35,112 bases of DNA from positions 1 through 35,112 of the forward strand of contig URWU01000002.1 in assembly GCA_900551585.1 (NCBI GenBank), read 5' to 3'. The notes beneath the pieces were generated by a model. That model saw only the letters and a program-made list of their open reading frames with translations, was not told the origin of the DNA and did no database searches. The stretch comes from an uncultured Alphaproteobacteria bacterium. Its GTDB lineage: Bacteria > Pseudomonadota > Alphaproteobacteria > RF32 > CAG-239. The position numbers and the translations under genes were made by a program. Within the stretch, counting starts at the first letter, position 1. Every line of letters starts with the position of its first letter. Shown here in pieces: positions 7,239 to 15,348 of the stretch.

Positions 7239-8315
7239 ATGCAGTACCAAAACTACTATACCAATCGCCAGATAAATATTCCTTACCTGCTGAAAATCGG
7301 TTACGGCAAAATCGGCCGTATCGGTAAATATCTGGTCGACAAAGGCCTGTCAAACGTGGCGCTGTTTTGGAGCGAAGGCATTGAGGATTTAATCGGCGGC
7401 AAGCTTTATAAAGGCTTTGAACAGCATGACATTGAAATCGTCTGCCAAAAAGACGTGCAGTATATTAATATTGAAGAGATTGATAAAATTGCTTTTAACC
7501 TGCCGCGCAACACGGACGCAATTGTCGGTATCGGCGGCGGTAAAGCGCTTGATTTTGCCAAATATTGTGCCCATCTGCTGAAAAAACCTTTTATCTCGGT
7601 ACCGACCTCGACGTCTAATGACGGCTTTTGCAGCCCGAACACATCGCTGCTGGTTGACGGCAAACGCAAAAGCGTTAAATCGAGCATTCCTTTCGGTGTG
7701 GTTGTTGATTTGGACGTCATCGGCAAAAGCCCGCGGATTTGCCTTTTTTCGGGTATTGGCGACATGATTTCCAAAGTCACGGCTTTGTGGGACTGGAAAG
7801 TGGCTTTCCGCAAAGGTTATGAACGTTACAATGACTTTGCCGCCATGATGGCTTATAACTCGATTGATATTCTGCTTATCCGCCAGCATACCGATATGCA
7901 GTCTTCTGATTTTCAGCGCAGCCTCACAACCTCGCTGCTGATGAGCGGCATTGCAATGGAAATTGCCGGCACCTCGCGCCCGGCCAGCGGCTCTGAGCAT
8001 TTGATTTCGCATGCTTTGGACGAGCAGTCCAAACGCCCGCATATGCATGGTCTGCAGGTCGGAACAGCCACATATCTCTGCGCGCTGCTGCAAAACAATC
8101 CGAGTACGGATAAGGTCAGGGAATTTTTGCAGGTCACCGGCTTTTTTGATTATGTTGCCGAAGATCCCTTCAAAAAAGATGACTTTGTGCAGGCTTTGCG
8201 CATGGCGCCGCTGGTCAAAAAAGACTATTATACCGTTCTTTCGGAAAAAGACAGTTTCAACCGCGCCCTGCATTATATTGAGACAGACCAGATTTTAAAA
8301 CGCCTGATAAAATAG
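7239..8315 (+). CDS. egsA: NAD(P)-dependent glycerol-1-phosphate dehydrogenase-like (EgsA/AraM family, iron-ADH superfamily)
   Basis: GIGGGKALDFAKY, PFISVPTSTSNDGFCSP, GIGDMISKVTALWDW and SRPASGSEHLISHALD match G1PDH signature blocks from memory. GGAGG RBS. The ATG lies 1 nt after the HAD stop. Confidence 0.7.
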   Translation: MQYQNYYTNRQINIPYLLKIGYGKIGRIGKYLVDKGLSNVALFWSEGIEDLIGGKLYKGFEQHDIEIVCQKDVQYINIEEIDKIAFNLPRNTDAIVGIGGGKALDFAKYCAHLLKKPFISVPTSTSNDGFCSPNTSLLVDGKRKSVKSSIPFGVVVDLDVIGKSPRICLFSGIGDMISKVTALWDWKVAFRKGYERYNDFAAMMAYNSIDILLIRQHTDMQSSDFQRSLTTSLLMSGIAMEIAGTSRPASGSEHLISHALDEQSKRPHMHGLQVGTATYLCALLQNNPSTDKVREFLQVTGFFDYVAEDPFKKDDFVQALRMAPLVKKDYYTVLSEKDSFNRALHYIETDQILKRLIK

Positions 8316-8407
8316 AACAAAAATTTATTGTCGCGGGGCTGGATTTATATCGTTTCGTGATTAAATATCCTTGAGATTTGAAATTTGGATTTTGAGGATA
8401 TTTTACA

Positions 8408-9736
8408 ATGAATGCAATGCCGGATAATTGTGATTACTACCAGTTGAACGACAAATACCGTCTGTCAAAAATCTATGGTAAAGACTGTTCCGTCATGCTG
8501 CGTAACCCGGACGATGAGGTACAGGCGATTGTTGATGTCTGTAATAATAAAATTGCCAAAGTCTGCGGTTATGAAGGCGAAAAAGTAACGGACGACAGCC
8601 GTTCCGAACTGGTAAAATTTATCAAAACAAACGATTTGTCAATGACGATGGCGGCGGCCAAAGACTTGGGCGTCAGTATCTATCGTCCCGACAAAGGCAA
8701 AGAGGTTTATCTCAACGCCAAGGAACTGACCCGTAAACTTAAGGGGAACATCTCCGGAGCCAGCCTGACGGTTTTCAACTATAAAAAGCGCCAGCTGAAA
8801 ATCAGAGCATCGACCAAAGGCGCCATTCTCAACTTGTCAAAAGCGGCAGTCAAAAAACTTGTTATTGAAGAAAACTGTAATCTGGTTGTTGATTTGCGCG
8901 ACAACCCGTATATTGAAACGCTGATTATCAAAGACGGCTTTGCCGGCAATGTCAATTTATCGCGCAACGGCGTCAAAAAAGTTGAAATCGCCAACAACTG
9001 CCGCTGCGAGCTGAACATCAACGACAGCATGAAATGCTTTGATTTGAGAATAGCCGATGTTTTCAGCGGTGTGCTGAATATCAACAATTCCTGCTTTCAT
9101 GATTTGGAAATCGGCTATTACAGCTATGCCGACATCAAACTGGCTTCCAATTGGGGCAAACGCAATATCAAAATCGGCAATTCATTCCGCGGTTCTTTGG
9201 AAATTGACAGCGTTCATGTTCCGAGCGTCAAAATCGGCGATGACTGCAAAGGGCGGGTGATTATCAGCAGCAAAGACGAAATCCACGGTTCGCCAAGGGT
9301 CGAAGTTGCTGATGAATTCAACGGCGATTTGGATTTAAGCAATTCCAAAACCGTTGCTCATCTCAATTGCGGCAGCCATGCCCGCGGCAAAATCAATCTG
9401 CTTGGCTGTCCGTCTTTGAAAGTGGCAAGGTTAGGGGAACATTTCCGCGGTCAGGCTGATTTTAGTGAATCCGGCATTGAATATCTGCGGACCGGCAAAG
9501 ATTGCCAGGGAGATATCATCCTGCTCGGCTGTGACAATCTGGCGCTGATAAAAATGCCCAATGAAAGGCAGAAAAATGTCACGATTGACCGCTCGCCGAT
9601 AAAAGTGAAAAATAACGGCAAAGATGTTTACTATTCTTTTTACCCGCGCCGGTTGCCTAAAGAATATTTTACGCCTTTTTATCATGACTGGTATAAAAAT
9701 ATTAAACGCTTTTTCAAAGCAAAATTAAGCAGTTAG
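8408..9736 (+). CDS. repeat protein with about 13 tandem 20-21-aa beta-solenoid/LRR-like repeats, hypothetical
   Basis: 442-aa ORF with GAGGA RBS. Residues ~113-385 repeat the pattern [F/C]-x-G-x-hydrophobic-x-hydrophobic-x-x-[S/N]-...-hydrophobic-x-I. No signal peptide is evident. Confidence 0.7.
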   Translation: MNAMPDNCDYYQLNDKYRLSKIYGKDCSVMLRNPDDEVQAIVDVCNNKIAKVCGYEGEKVTDDSRSELVKFIKTNDLSMTMAAAKDLGVSIYRPDKGKEVYLNAKELTRKLKGNISGASLTVFNYKKRQLKIRASTKGAILNLSKAAVKKLVIEENCNLVVDLRDNPYIETLIIKDGFAGNVNLSRNGVKKVEIANNCRCELNINDSMKCFDLRIADVFSGVLNINNSCFHDLEIGYYSYADIKLASNWGKRNIKIGNSFRGSLEIDSVHVPSVKIGDDCKGRVIISSKDEIHGSPRVEVADEFNGDLDLSNSKTVAHLNCGSHARGKINLLGCPSLKVARLGEHFRGQADFSESGIEYLRTGKDCQGDIILLGCDNLALIKMPNERQKNVTIDRSPIKVKNNGKDVYYSFYPRRLPKEYFTPFYHDWYKNIKRFFKAKLSS

Positions 9737-9828
9737 GAGAGGTTTTGTCCAGATAATAATCCTTGTGATTGTGAATTTTTTGTGATATATTTTAAATATA
9801 CCACTCCAGTTACGATAGGGGGCTTATT

Positions 9829-10317
9829 ATGATGGATAAGAATATCAAAACTGTTGGTTTGTTTTTTGTTGAAACTGTCGCCGACAAAGAACTGACCAAG
9901 GATAAACTGTTTGAGCAGCTCTACAAAACCATCGGTCACCGGTGCGAATTGACTGCTTTAGGATTACCATCTGCTTCTGCTGTAGCTTATTTAGAAAGTA
10001 ACAAAGCTAAATATCAAATTAAAGCCTACCAGCCCAGAATAGCTGATACCTTTAATAGGTTGAACAAAGCCGAAAAAATTTGTGATAAAAAAGAGCTGCT
10101 TGACCGGCTCAATATGTTAACACCCAAACCGCGCGATTATGCGGTGATTGCTCTTGACTGCTACCTGAAAATGGATAGAGGCAACACTGTACAAGGATTT
10201 TACAACGAATATCAAAAATATGCCGCTAAACAACAGCGTAACGGAATAATGGCAAACAATAACTATGGTCTCGCCCTCCACAAATATCAGTTGGACGGCG
10301 CTTCCGCAATCTCCTGA
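9829..10317 (+). CDS. hypothetical protein (162 aa)
   Basis: ORF with GGGGG RBS, promoter-like TTGTGA-17-TATATT upstream, and a strong terminator downstream. No recognisable domain. Confidence 0.5.
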   Translation: MMDKNIKTVGLFFVETVADKELTKDKLFEQLYKTIGHRCELTALGLPSASAVAYLESNKAKYQIKAYQPRIADTFNRLNKAEKICDKKELLDRLNMLTPKPRDYAVIALDCYLKMDRGNTVQGFYNEYQKYAAKQQRNGIMANNNYGLALHKYQLDGASAIS

Positions 10318-10337
10318 TAGTACTTTTATACACACTC

Positions 10338-10372
10338 AAAAAAGGCTTCTGTCATTTCAGAAGCCTTTTTTA
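10338..10372 (+). terminator. Rho-independent terminator
   Basis: Perfect 10-bp stem AAGGCTTCTG/CAGAAGCCTT, loop TCATTT, followed by T6. Confidence 0.85.
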
Positions 10373-10455
10373 TGAGCCTGTCTTTATGCTGTTGCCGCCC
10401 TGAGGGAACTCAGCAGATTTATCATTACGAGAAACACAGCGCCATGATACGGCAA

Positions 10456-10481
10456 TAAAAAAGCCCCTCGCTTGAGGAGCT
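10456..10481 (-). terminator. Rho-independent terminator of the helicase gene
   Basis: The minus strand reads AGCTCCTC-AAGC-GAGGGGCT (8 bp including one G-U) followed by T6, 12 nt after the stop. Confidence 0.75.
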
Positions 10482-10492
10482 TTGATAAATGA

Positions 10493-11887
10493 TTAAGCGG
10501 CACGCTGCATGGGACGGCCGGCATTTGAGCGGCCTTTGGGCTTGCTGCCCTGAGAACGTGATTTTGCGGGCTGAGCGGTGTCGAAACTGCGGGCGTTTTT
10601 ATTAAACTTGTTGCGGTTGGCTGCTTTTTTATCCGGAGCATAAGGCTTGAAAGGATTAAATTTCTTTTTGCCTGTTTCTGCTTCGGCAGCGGCTTTTTCG
10701 GCCAGTCTGCGGGCCTGAAACTTTTTCAGGGGTTTTTGTTTGGCGTTCAGCGGCTCGGCAGAAATCGGGTACTCGCCTTCAGCCAGCATTTCTTTATCGC
10801 GGTTAGACGGATTAATCAGTTTATAAATCGCTTTCCATTTGGAAGCATCCTGCGGTGTCAGCAGATTCACGGCCGAACCCTCGGCGCCGGCGCGTGCTGT
10901 TCTGCCGATACGGTGGATATAATCTTCCGGACACTGCGGCAAATCATAGTTAATCACATGCTGAATATGCGGAATATCCAAACCGCGGGCGGCAATATCC
11001 GTTGCCACTAAAATACGATATTTCTGATCGCGGAAATTGCTGATGACTCTTTCGCGGCGGCTCTGGCGCAAATCGCCGTGGATAGCGTCAGCGCTCTGGT
11101 TTTCTTTCACCAGCTTTTGCGCCATTCTTTCAGCGGCATATTTGGTTTTTACAAAAATCAGAATAGAACCTTCGCGGGTTTTGAGCTGGTTCATCAATTC
11201 GCCGTATTTCAGGGCTTCATTTGTTTTGATAAGCTCCTGATGAATTTTTTCAATCGGGGTATGGGTTGAGCCGACGGCAATACGAACCGGGTTATTCAAA
11301 AAGCGCTTGGACATAGCCATAATATTATTCGGCATTGTGGCAGAAAACATCAAAGTTTGGCGTTCGCTCGGCAAATATTTGGCAATCTCGTCCAGCTGAA
11401 TGCCGAAACCCATATCAAGCATACGGTCTGTTTCGTCCAAAACCAGAAAACGTGTATTTTGCAGACGTAGGGAGCCGCGTTTCAGATGGTCATTGACGCG
11501 CCCGGGGGTGCCGACAATAATCCGCGGGCGGTTACGCAGCTGGTTTAATTGTTTGGGCATTGAATCGCCGCCGATAAGCAACGCTGTTTTGATTTTTGAG
11601 TTGTGGCTGATAAGCAGGCTGATATTATCCAAAACCTGTTGTGCCAGTTCGCGGGTCGGTGTCAAAACCAAACCGATTCCCTCATTCGTCTGCGACAAGA
11701 GTGCCAGCATGGGAATACCGAAAGCGCCGGTTTTGCCGGTTCCTGTCTGGGCGGAACCCAAAACGTCGTGACCCTGCATAATCACCGGAATAGCTTGTTC
11801 CTGAATGGGAGTAGGGGTTTCGAACTTGATGTGTTTAAGGGAATGTAAAATATTTTCAGGCAGACCTAAATCTTCAAAATTTGCCAT
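10493..11887 (-). CDS. rhlE: DEAD-box ATP-dependent RNA helicase, RhlE-like, with basic C-terminal tail
   Basis: Q-motif TPTPIQ, AQTGTGKT, PTRELA, DEAD-box variant (LVLDETDRM), SAT, and HRIGRTARAG. The start MANFEDLGL at 11887 is preferred; the ORF-track N-terminal extension has no homology logic. Confidence 0.92.
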   Translation of the reverse strand: MANFEDLGLPENILHSLKHIKFETPTPIQEQAIPVIMQGHDVLGSAQTGTGKTGAFGIPMLALLSQTNEGIGLVLTPTRELAQQVLDNISLLISHNSKIKTALLIGGDSMPKQLNQLRNRPRIIVGTPGRVNDHLKRGSLRLQNTRFLVLDETDRMLDMGFGIQLDEIAKYLPSERQTLMFSATMPNNIMAMSKRFLNNPVRIAVGSTHTPIEKIHQELIKTNEALKYGELMNQLKTREGSILIFVKTKYAAERMAQKLVKENQSADAIHGDLRQSRRERVISNFRDQKYRILVATDIAARGLDIPHIQHVINYDLPQCPEDYIHRIGRTARAGAEGSAVNLLTPQDASKWKAIYKLINPSNRDKEMLAEGEYPISAEPLNAKQKPLKKFQARRLAEKAAAEAETGKKKFNPFKPYAPDKKAANRNKFNKNARSFDTAQPAKSRSQGSKPKGRSNAGRPMQRAA

Positions 11888-12117
11888 TTTGTTTCTTTCA
11901 AAAAAAATCGTTATGTATGCGCGGTTTACCATTAAACCGGCCAAGAGCAATCTCAGCTTCTTAACCAAAATATTAAGAAGTAACTCTAACAAAACGCTGA
12001 AAGATATTGAAATCTATAAATTGCGGACAATACTGCCGCCAACAAATATGAAGAGCTACAAGAATCTCTGTTGCGGAATATACACGATATTTTTTATCTT
12101 GCAAGCATTATTTTTGT

Positions 12118-12147
12118 GTTGACTTTTGTCTAACTTTTACATACCCT
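12118..12147 (+). promoter_or_regulatory. cassette promoter copy 1 (GTTGACTTTTGTCTAA module)
   Basis: TTGACT (12119-12124), 17-nt spacer, TACCCT. The 23 nt TTTTTGTGTTGACTTTTGTCTAA are identical to copy 3. Confidence 0.5.
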
Positions 12148-12181
12148 GTCATGCGTATTACGTATTAAATTAGAATAGCTT

Positions 12182-12889
12182 ATGGAAATTAGAAAGCAGA
12201 CTCAACCTTTGGGTCAAAAAACAAAAGCGTGTTTAACTCCTGACAATGCCCTGATTTTAGGGACAAAACATTTACAAAAGCGCGGTGAAATCAGAAGAAA
12301 ATTACTTTCAAAGTTTGAACCGGTTATCAAGGCTTATCAATATAAAAAGATGTACATCTGGTTGATAAGTTCTTGTCCGTCGCAGCAAAACAGTGATTCT
12401 CGTTTGAGCTTGTATGTTGATGTCAAAAACTCGACCGCACATGATGAAATCATCGATTTTTCACAGCTGAAAGGCCTTGAAAATGTCAAAACCATTAGAG
12501 CCAGTTCAAAAACTCTGTGGTTCGACGGCACAAAATTCAGCCTGTTTAAAGATGAATCAATCATGAATTTGGCTGGTTGCGCAGCTTTATGGCAGCGAGA
12601 AAAGGAAAAACACATCACACGTTTGAAAAGTCACAATTTTACCGTTTATCCTACCCCTGTGGCCATGTTTGAAAGAGAATCGCCGATTTATGTGATTGCT
12701 TTTCATCATCAGCCTTTTACGGAAAACGTTGAGGTTTTGATGGTTCATCCGAATGTCGGTAAGATAACGACCCATATTTATTCCAAATATCGTTGGCGTA
12801 AAATGGTGAGAAAAATCGGAGCCTTCATTGTCAAAGAAAATGCAAAGATAACCATAACCGCGGAAGGCTTTAAGTTTGAAGCGGTATAA
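12182..12889 (+). CDS. hypothetical protein (235 aa), orphan
   Basis: ORF bracketed by the shared promoter module and a hairpin terminator. No Shine-Dalgarno sequence and no recognisable domain. Confidence 0.5.
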   Translation: MEIRKQTQPLGQKTKACLTPDNALILGTKHLQKRGEIRRKLLSKFEPVIKAYQYKKMYIWLISSCPSQQNSDSRLSLYVDVKNSTAHDEIIDFSQLKGLENVKTIRASSKTLWFDGTKFSLFKDESIMNLAGCAALWQREKEKHITRLKSHNFTVYPTPVAMFERESPIYVIAFHHQPFTENVEVLMVHPNVGKITTHIYSKYRWRKMVRKIGAFIVKENAKITITAEGFKFEAV

Positions 12890-12910
12890 GGCCGGTCTTG
12901 AGCGCAAAGA

Positions 12911-12946
12911 AAAAAGCAGACAACTGTATAGTTGCCTGCTTTTTTG
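12911..12946 (+). terminator. Rho-independent terminator
   Basis: AAAAAGCAGACAAC / GTTGCCTGCTTTTT stem with one mismatch, followed by a T-run that merges into the next promoter module. Confidence 0.7.
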
Positions 12947-12975
12947 TTGACTTTTGTCTAATTATGCGCTAATTT
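12946..12975 (+). promoter_or_regulatory. cassette promoter copy 2
   Basis: GTTGACTTTTGTCTAA. TTGACT (12947-12952), 17-nt spacer, TAATTT (12970-12975). CTAAT-N6-CTAAT direct repeat in the spacer/-10 region. Confidence 0.55.
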
Positions 12976-13036
12976 ATCTGAACTTTCCATATTAAAGAGA
13001 TAATTACTATAATATAAACCATTAAACTTAAAGAAA

Positions 13037-14056
13037 ATGGAATTCAATCAAATTGTATTAGATTTGCAAGAGACAAGTAAAGAAATGCTTGCTGTCTTGG
13101 GTGTTGAAGTTGCCGGTTATGAGCTGGAAAAAGCCCGGATTTGTGATATTTACTGCCCGACCGTTTTAAGCTACGCTCCGGCAGTCATCATCAAGGCCAA
13201 AAACAACGAAGATGTCAAAAACCTTGTTTATTCTCCGTTGTCAGCTCAAATGTTTGTCACGGATGAGGAGATAGAAAACCTGTCCGCTGTTGGCAAAAAT
13301 TATCAAAACGGCTGCCTCGCTGTTGCTGTTGTCGAAAAAGAAGGAACCGTCACGCTCGAATTAAAAGTTGAAGAGAAAGACATAATCTGCGCCACGCTCG
13401 AAAAGGCTCAGAATATGTTGACGGGTTATCTGGCCATATCTTACGAATCAAATGTCCGCATCGCTTATTATAAAGCGCCGTTGGAAAATCGTGAGCTGAA
13501 GCCTGCAATAACTGCCGGAATCTTAAGCTGGTGCCTGCGCTTGAAAAGGCGTCCGAACTGGTATGACAACGTTATTGTCAACGTAGCTTGTTCGCATGTT
13601 TATTCTATCGGTTTGTCGATGGGAGAATATGCCGAGATAACGCTGCCTAAGCGCTGTCAAACAATTGACCGCAGCGGCAATCCCTCCCAAACGTATTTCT
13701 GGAACGGCAAATTTTTTATCCCTTGTGCTGATGACAGTGTCTATATGACAACGGCTGAGGCCAAAGAGGTTTGTAAAAAAATTTCTGAAAACGGCGATTG
13801 GGTCATATCAGACTTGCCTTGTCCGGTCTTCTGCGAAGAAACGCTTTACTATGCTGTCGGTTCAGTCGGCGAAAATCAGATTTTGTTGCTGAATGCGGCA
13901 ACCGGACAGATAAGCGAAAGGGAGCACAAGGATATTGATTATCCTCTTTGCGAAGACGTTTGTTTTCCGACAGGCGGTCTTCCCGGAGCAAAATGTACAC
14001 AAGATGGTTGGAATAGCAGCTGCGCCGCCTTTAGGCTGAAAGCAGCCGGCTTCTGA
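13037..14056 (+). CDS. hypothetical protein (339 aa), paralog of 14229..15245
   Basis: Shares colinear blocks with the next gene: YAPAVIIKA..LVYSPL vs YSPGVVIKA..LVYSPL; VNVACS vs VNVANS; PSQTYFWNGKFF..MTTAEAKE vs PSQRYLYNGKVF..LTMEEAKG. Confidence 0.65.
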   Translation: MEFNQIVLDLQETSKEMLAVLGVEVAGYELEKARICDIYCPTVLSYAPAVIIKAKNNEDVKNLVYSPLSAQMFVTDEEIENLSAVGKNYQNGCLAVAVVEKEGTVTLELKVEEKDIICATLEKAQNMLTGYLAISYESNVRIAYYKAPLENRELKPAITAGILSWCLRLKRRPNWYDNVIVNVACSHVYSIGLSMGEYAEITLPKRCQTIDRSGNPSQTYFWNGKFFIPCADDSVYMTTAEAKEVCKKISENGDWVISDLPCPVFCEETLYYAVGSVGENQILLLNAATGQISEREHKDIDYPLCEDVCFPTGGLPGAKCTQDGWNSSCAAFRLKAAGF

Positions 14057-14090
14057 TCTGATTTCTTTTCGTTTTAAATTAAATGTTTGG

Positions 14091-14128
14091 AAAAGAGGGC
14101 TGACGCGATGTCATCCCTCTTTTTTTTG
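14091..14128 (+). terminator. Rho-independent terminator (same family as 15297..15340)
   Basis: AGAGGGCTGAC-GCGAT-GTCATCCCTCT (11-bp stem, one mismatch) followed by T8. Confidence 0.8.
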
Positions 14129-14129
14129 T

Positions 14130-14159
14130 GTTGACTTTTGTCTAATGAAAAGCTAATTT
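14130..14159 (+). promoter_or_regulatory. cassette promoter copy 3
   Basis: GTTGACTTTTGTCTAA. TTGACT (14131-14136), 17-nt spacer, TAATTT (14154-14159). CTAAT-N6-CTAAT as in copy 2. Confidence 0.55.
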
Positions 14160-14228
14160 ATGAGTCCGAATTTTAAGACTATGTGAGTTAATTATATATT
14201 AGTATGAACCTTTAAAAAATTAAAAAAA

Positions 14229-15245
14229 ATGGATTTTATTGAAGTTAAACTCAATGATGTAAAAAAAGAGTTGGTAACTGTTTTGGCTGATGAAATTATC
14301 GGTATGACTGTTGAAGAGCCGGCGTTTAAATTAATTTTCTGCGCGCAGATTAAAGATTACAGCCCCGGTGTCGTTATCAAAGCAGTTTCCAAAACAGAGA
14401 CCAAATATCTGGTTTACTCTCCGCTGATGGGGCTGACAGATGCCGTATCTGACGGGTTGTTTCTGGATATCACGGAAATTGGCAAAACATATCATGCTAA
14501 TTTTCTGAATGCGGAAATAATCGGTGAGCCTGCTGAAATCGGTTTGATTCTTTATCACGACAAAGTAGAGGGCAACATTTGCAGCAGCCCGGAGCAAGCC
14601 ATGACTTTGATTAAAGCTTATCTGGCTATGGCTGACTATAAATGGCGCGGCTGGTATTATACCAATTGCTACAAGAGAGAAATCAGAAATGAAGTCATTC
14701 CCGTTTATGTCAATGATGTTTTGTACTGGTTCTTGCCGCATTTGATGTCGCACGGACTATATTGCGGTTTTCTGGTCAATGTTGCCAATTCAATCGTCAC
14801 TTATGGCGGTATTCGTCAGGAAGATTTGTGGGAATTGAAAGTCGGGCGCCGCTATCGCAGCAAAGCTTATAAAGCCTGTCCGTCACAGAGATATTTGTAC
14901 AACGGCAAAGTTTTCAGCGCCGTCAGAGACAACAGCCGCCTTTTAACAATGGAAGAAGCCAAGGGCTGCTATGCAAATATTCCGGCAAAAGACAAAGCTC
15001 GCTACGCAAATTACAAAGACAGGGGTTTTGTTCCGGTTATGGTCCTGAACGAATTTCACTATCTGATTGCGGAAAACTGCGATACAAAGAAACCCGCCGT
15101 ACTGCTGATGAACTCTCTGGATGGTAATGTCGTCAAATTCGATTATAAGCTTTCCGAAAATGTGAAATATATTTCGCTCGGAACTTATTTTGAAAACGAA
15201 GGCTGTCCGGTGACCTTGACCGACAAAGGCTGGGAAAGCAAATAG
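14229..15245 (+). CDS. hypothetical protein (338 aa), paralog of 13037..14056
   Basis: Same length and the same conserved blocks as 13037..14056. It has its own promoter module and terminator. Confidence 0.65.
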   Translation: MDFIEVKLNDVKKELVTVLADEIIGMTVEEPAFKLIFCAQIKDYSPGVVIKAVSKTETKYLVYSPLMGLTDAVSDGLFLDITEIGKTYHANFLNAEIIGEPAEIGLILYHDKVEGNICSSPEQAMTLIKAYLAMADYKWRGWYYTNCYKREIRNEVIPVYVNDVLYWFLPHLMSHGLYCGFLVNVANSIVTYGGIRQEDLWELKVGRRYRSKAYKACPSQRYLYNGKVFSAVRDNSRLLTMEEAKGCYANIPAKDKARYANYKDRGFVPVMVLNEFHYLIAENCDTKKPAVLLMNSLDGNVVKFDYKLSENVKYISLGTYFENEGCPVTLTDKGWESK

Positions 15246-15296
15246 AAACTCTGTTCTTAAGTTTCCGCTTAAGAGTCCATAATTGTTTAAAGTTGA

Positions 15297-15340
15297 AAAA
15301 AGAGGGGTGACGCGATGTCAACCCTCTTTTGTTTTTATTG
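15297..15340. terminator. bidirectional terminator (cassette 3 and recG)
   Basis: AGAGGGGTGAC-GCGAT-GTCAACCCTCT, with the same GCGAT loop as the terminator at 14091. A-run upstream and T-run downstream. Confidence 0.8.
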
Positions 15341-15348
15341 GCAGTAAG

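Noticed and set aside
10384-12122. ORFs 10384..10641, 10736..11011, 11037..11269, 11400..11848 and 11805..12122, and the N-terminal 35-codon extension of the helicase ORF.
   Set aside because: These are antisense or overlapping shadows of the DEAD-box helicase gene, or of its AT-rich upstream region. The helicase homology begins at MANFEDLGL (11887).
12118-14145. The repeated 16-mer GTTGACTTTTGTCTAA as a CRISPR array or tandem repeat array.
   Set aside because: There are only three copies, spaced 828 and 1184 bp apart, with full-length genes between them. Each contains a -35 hexamer with a -10 at 17 nt. They are promoters, not CRISPR repeats.
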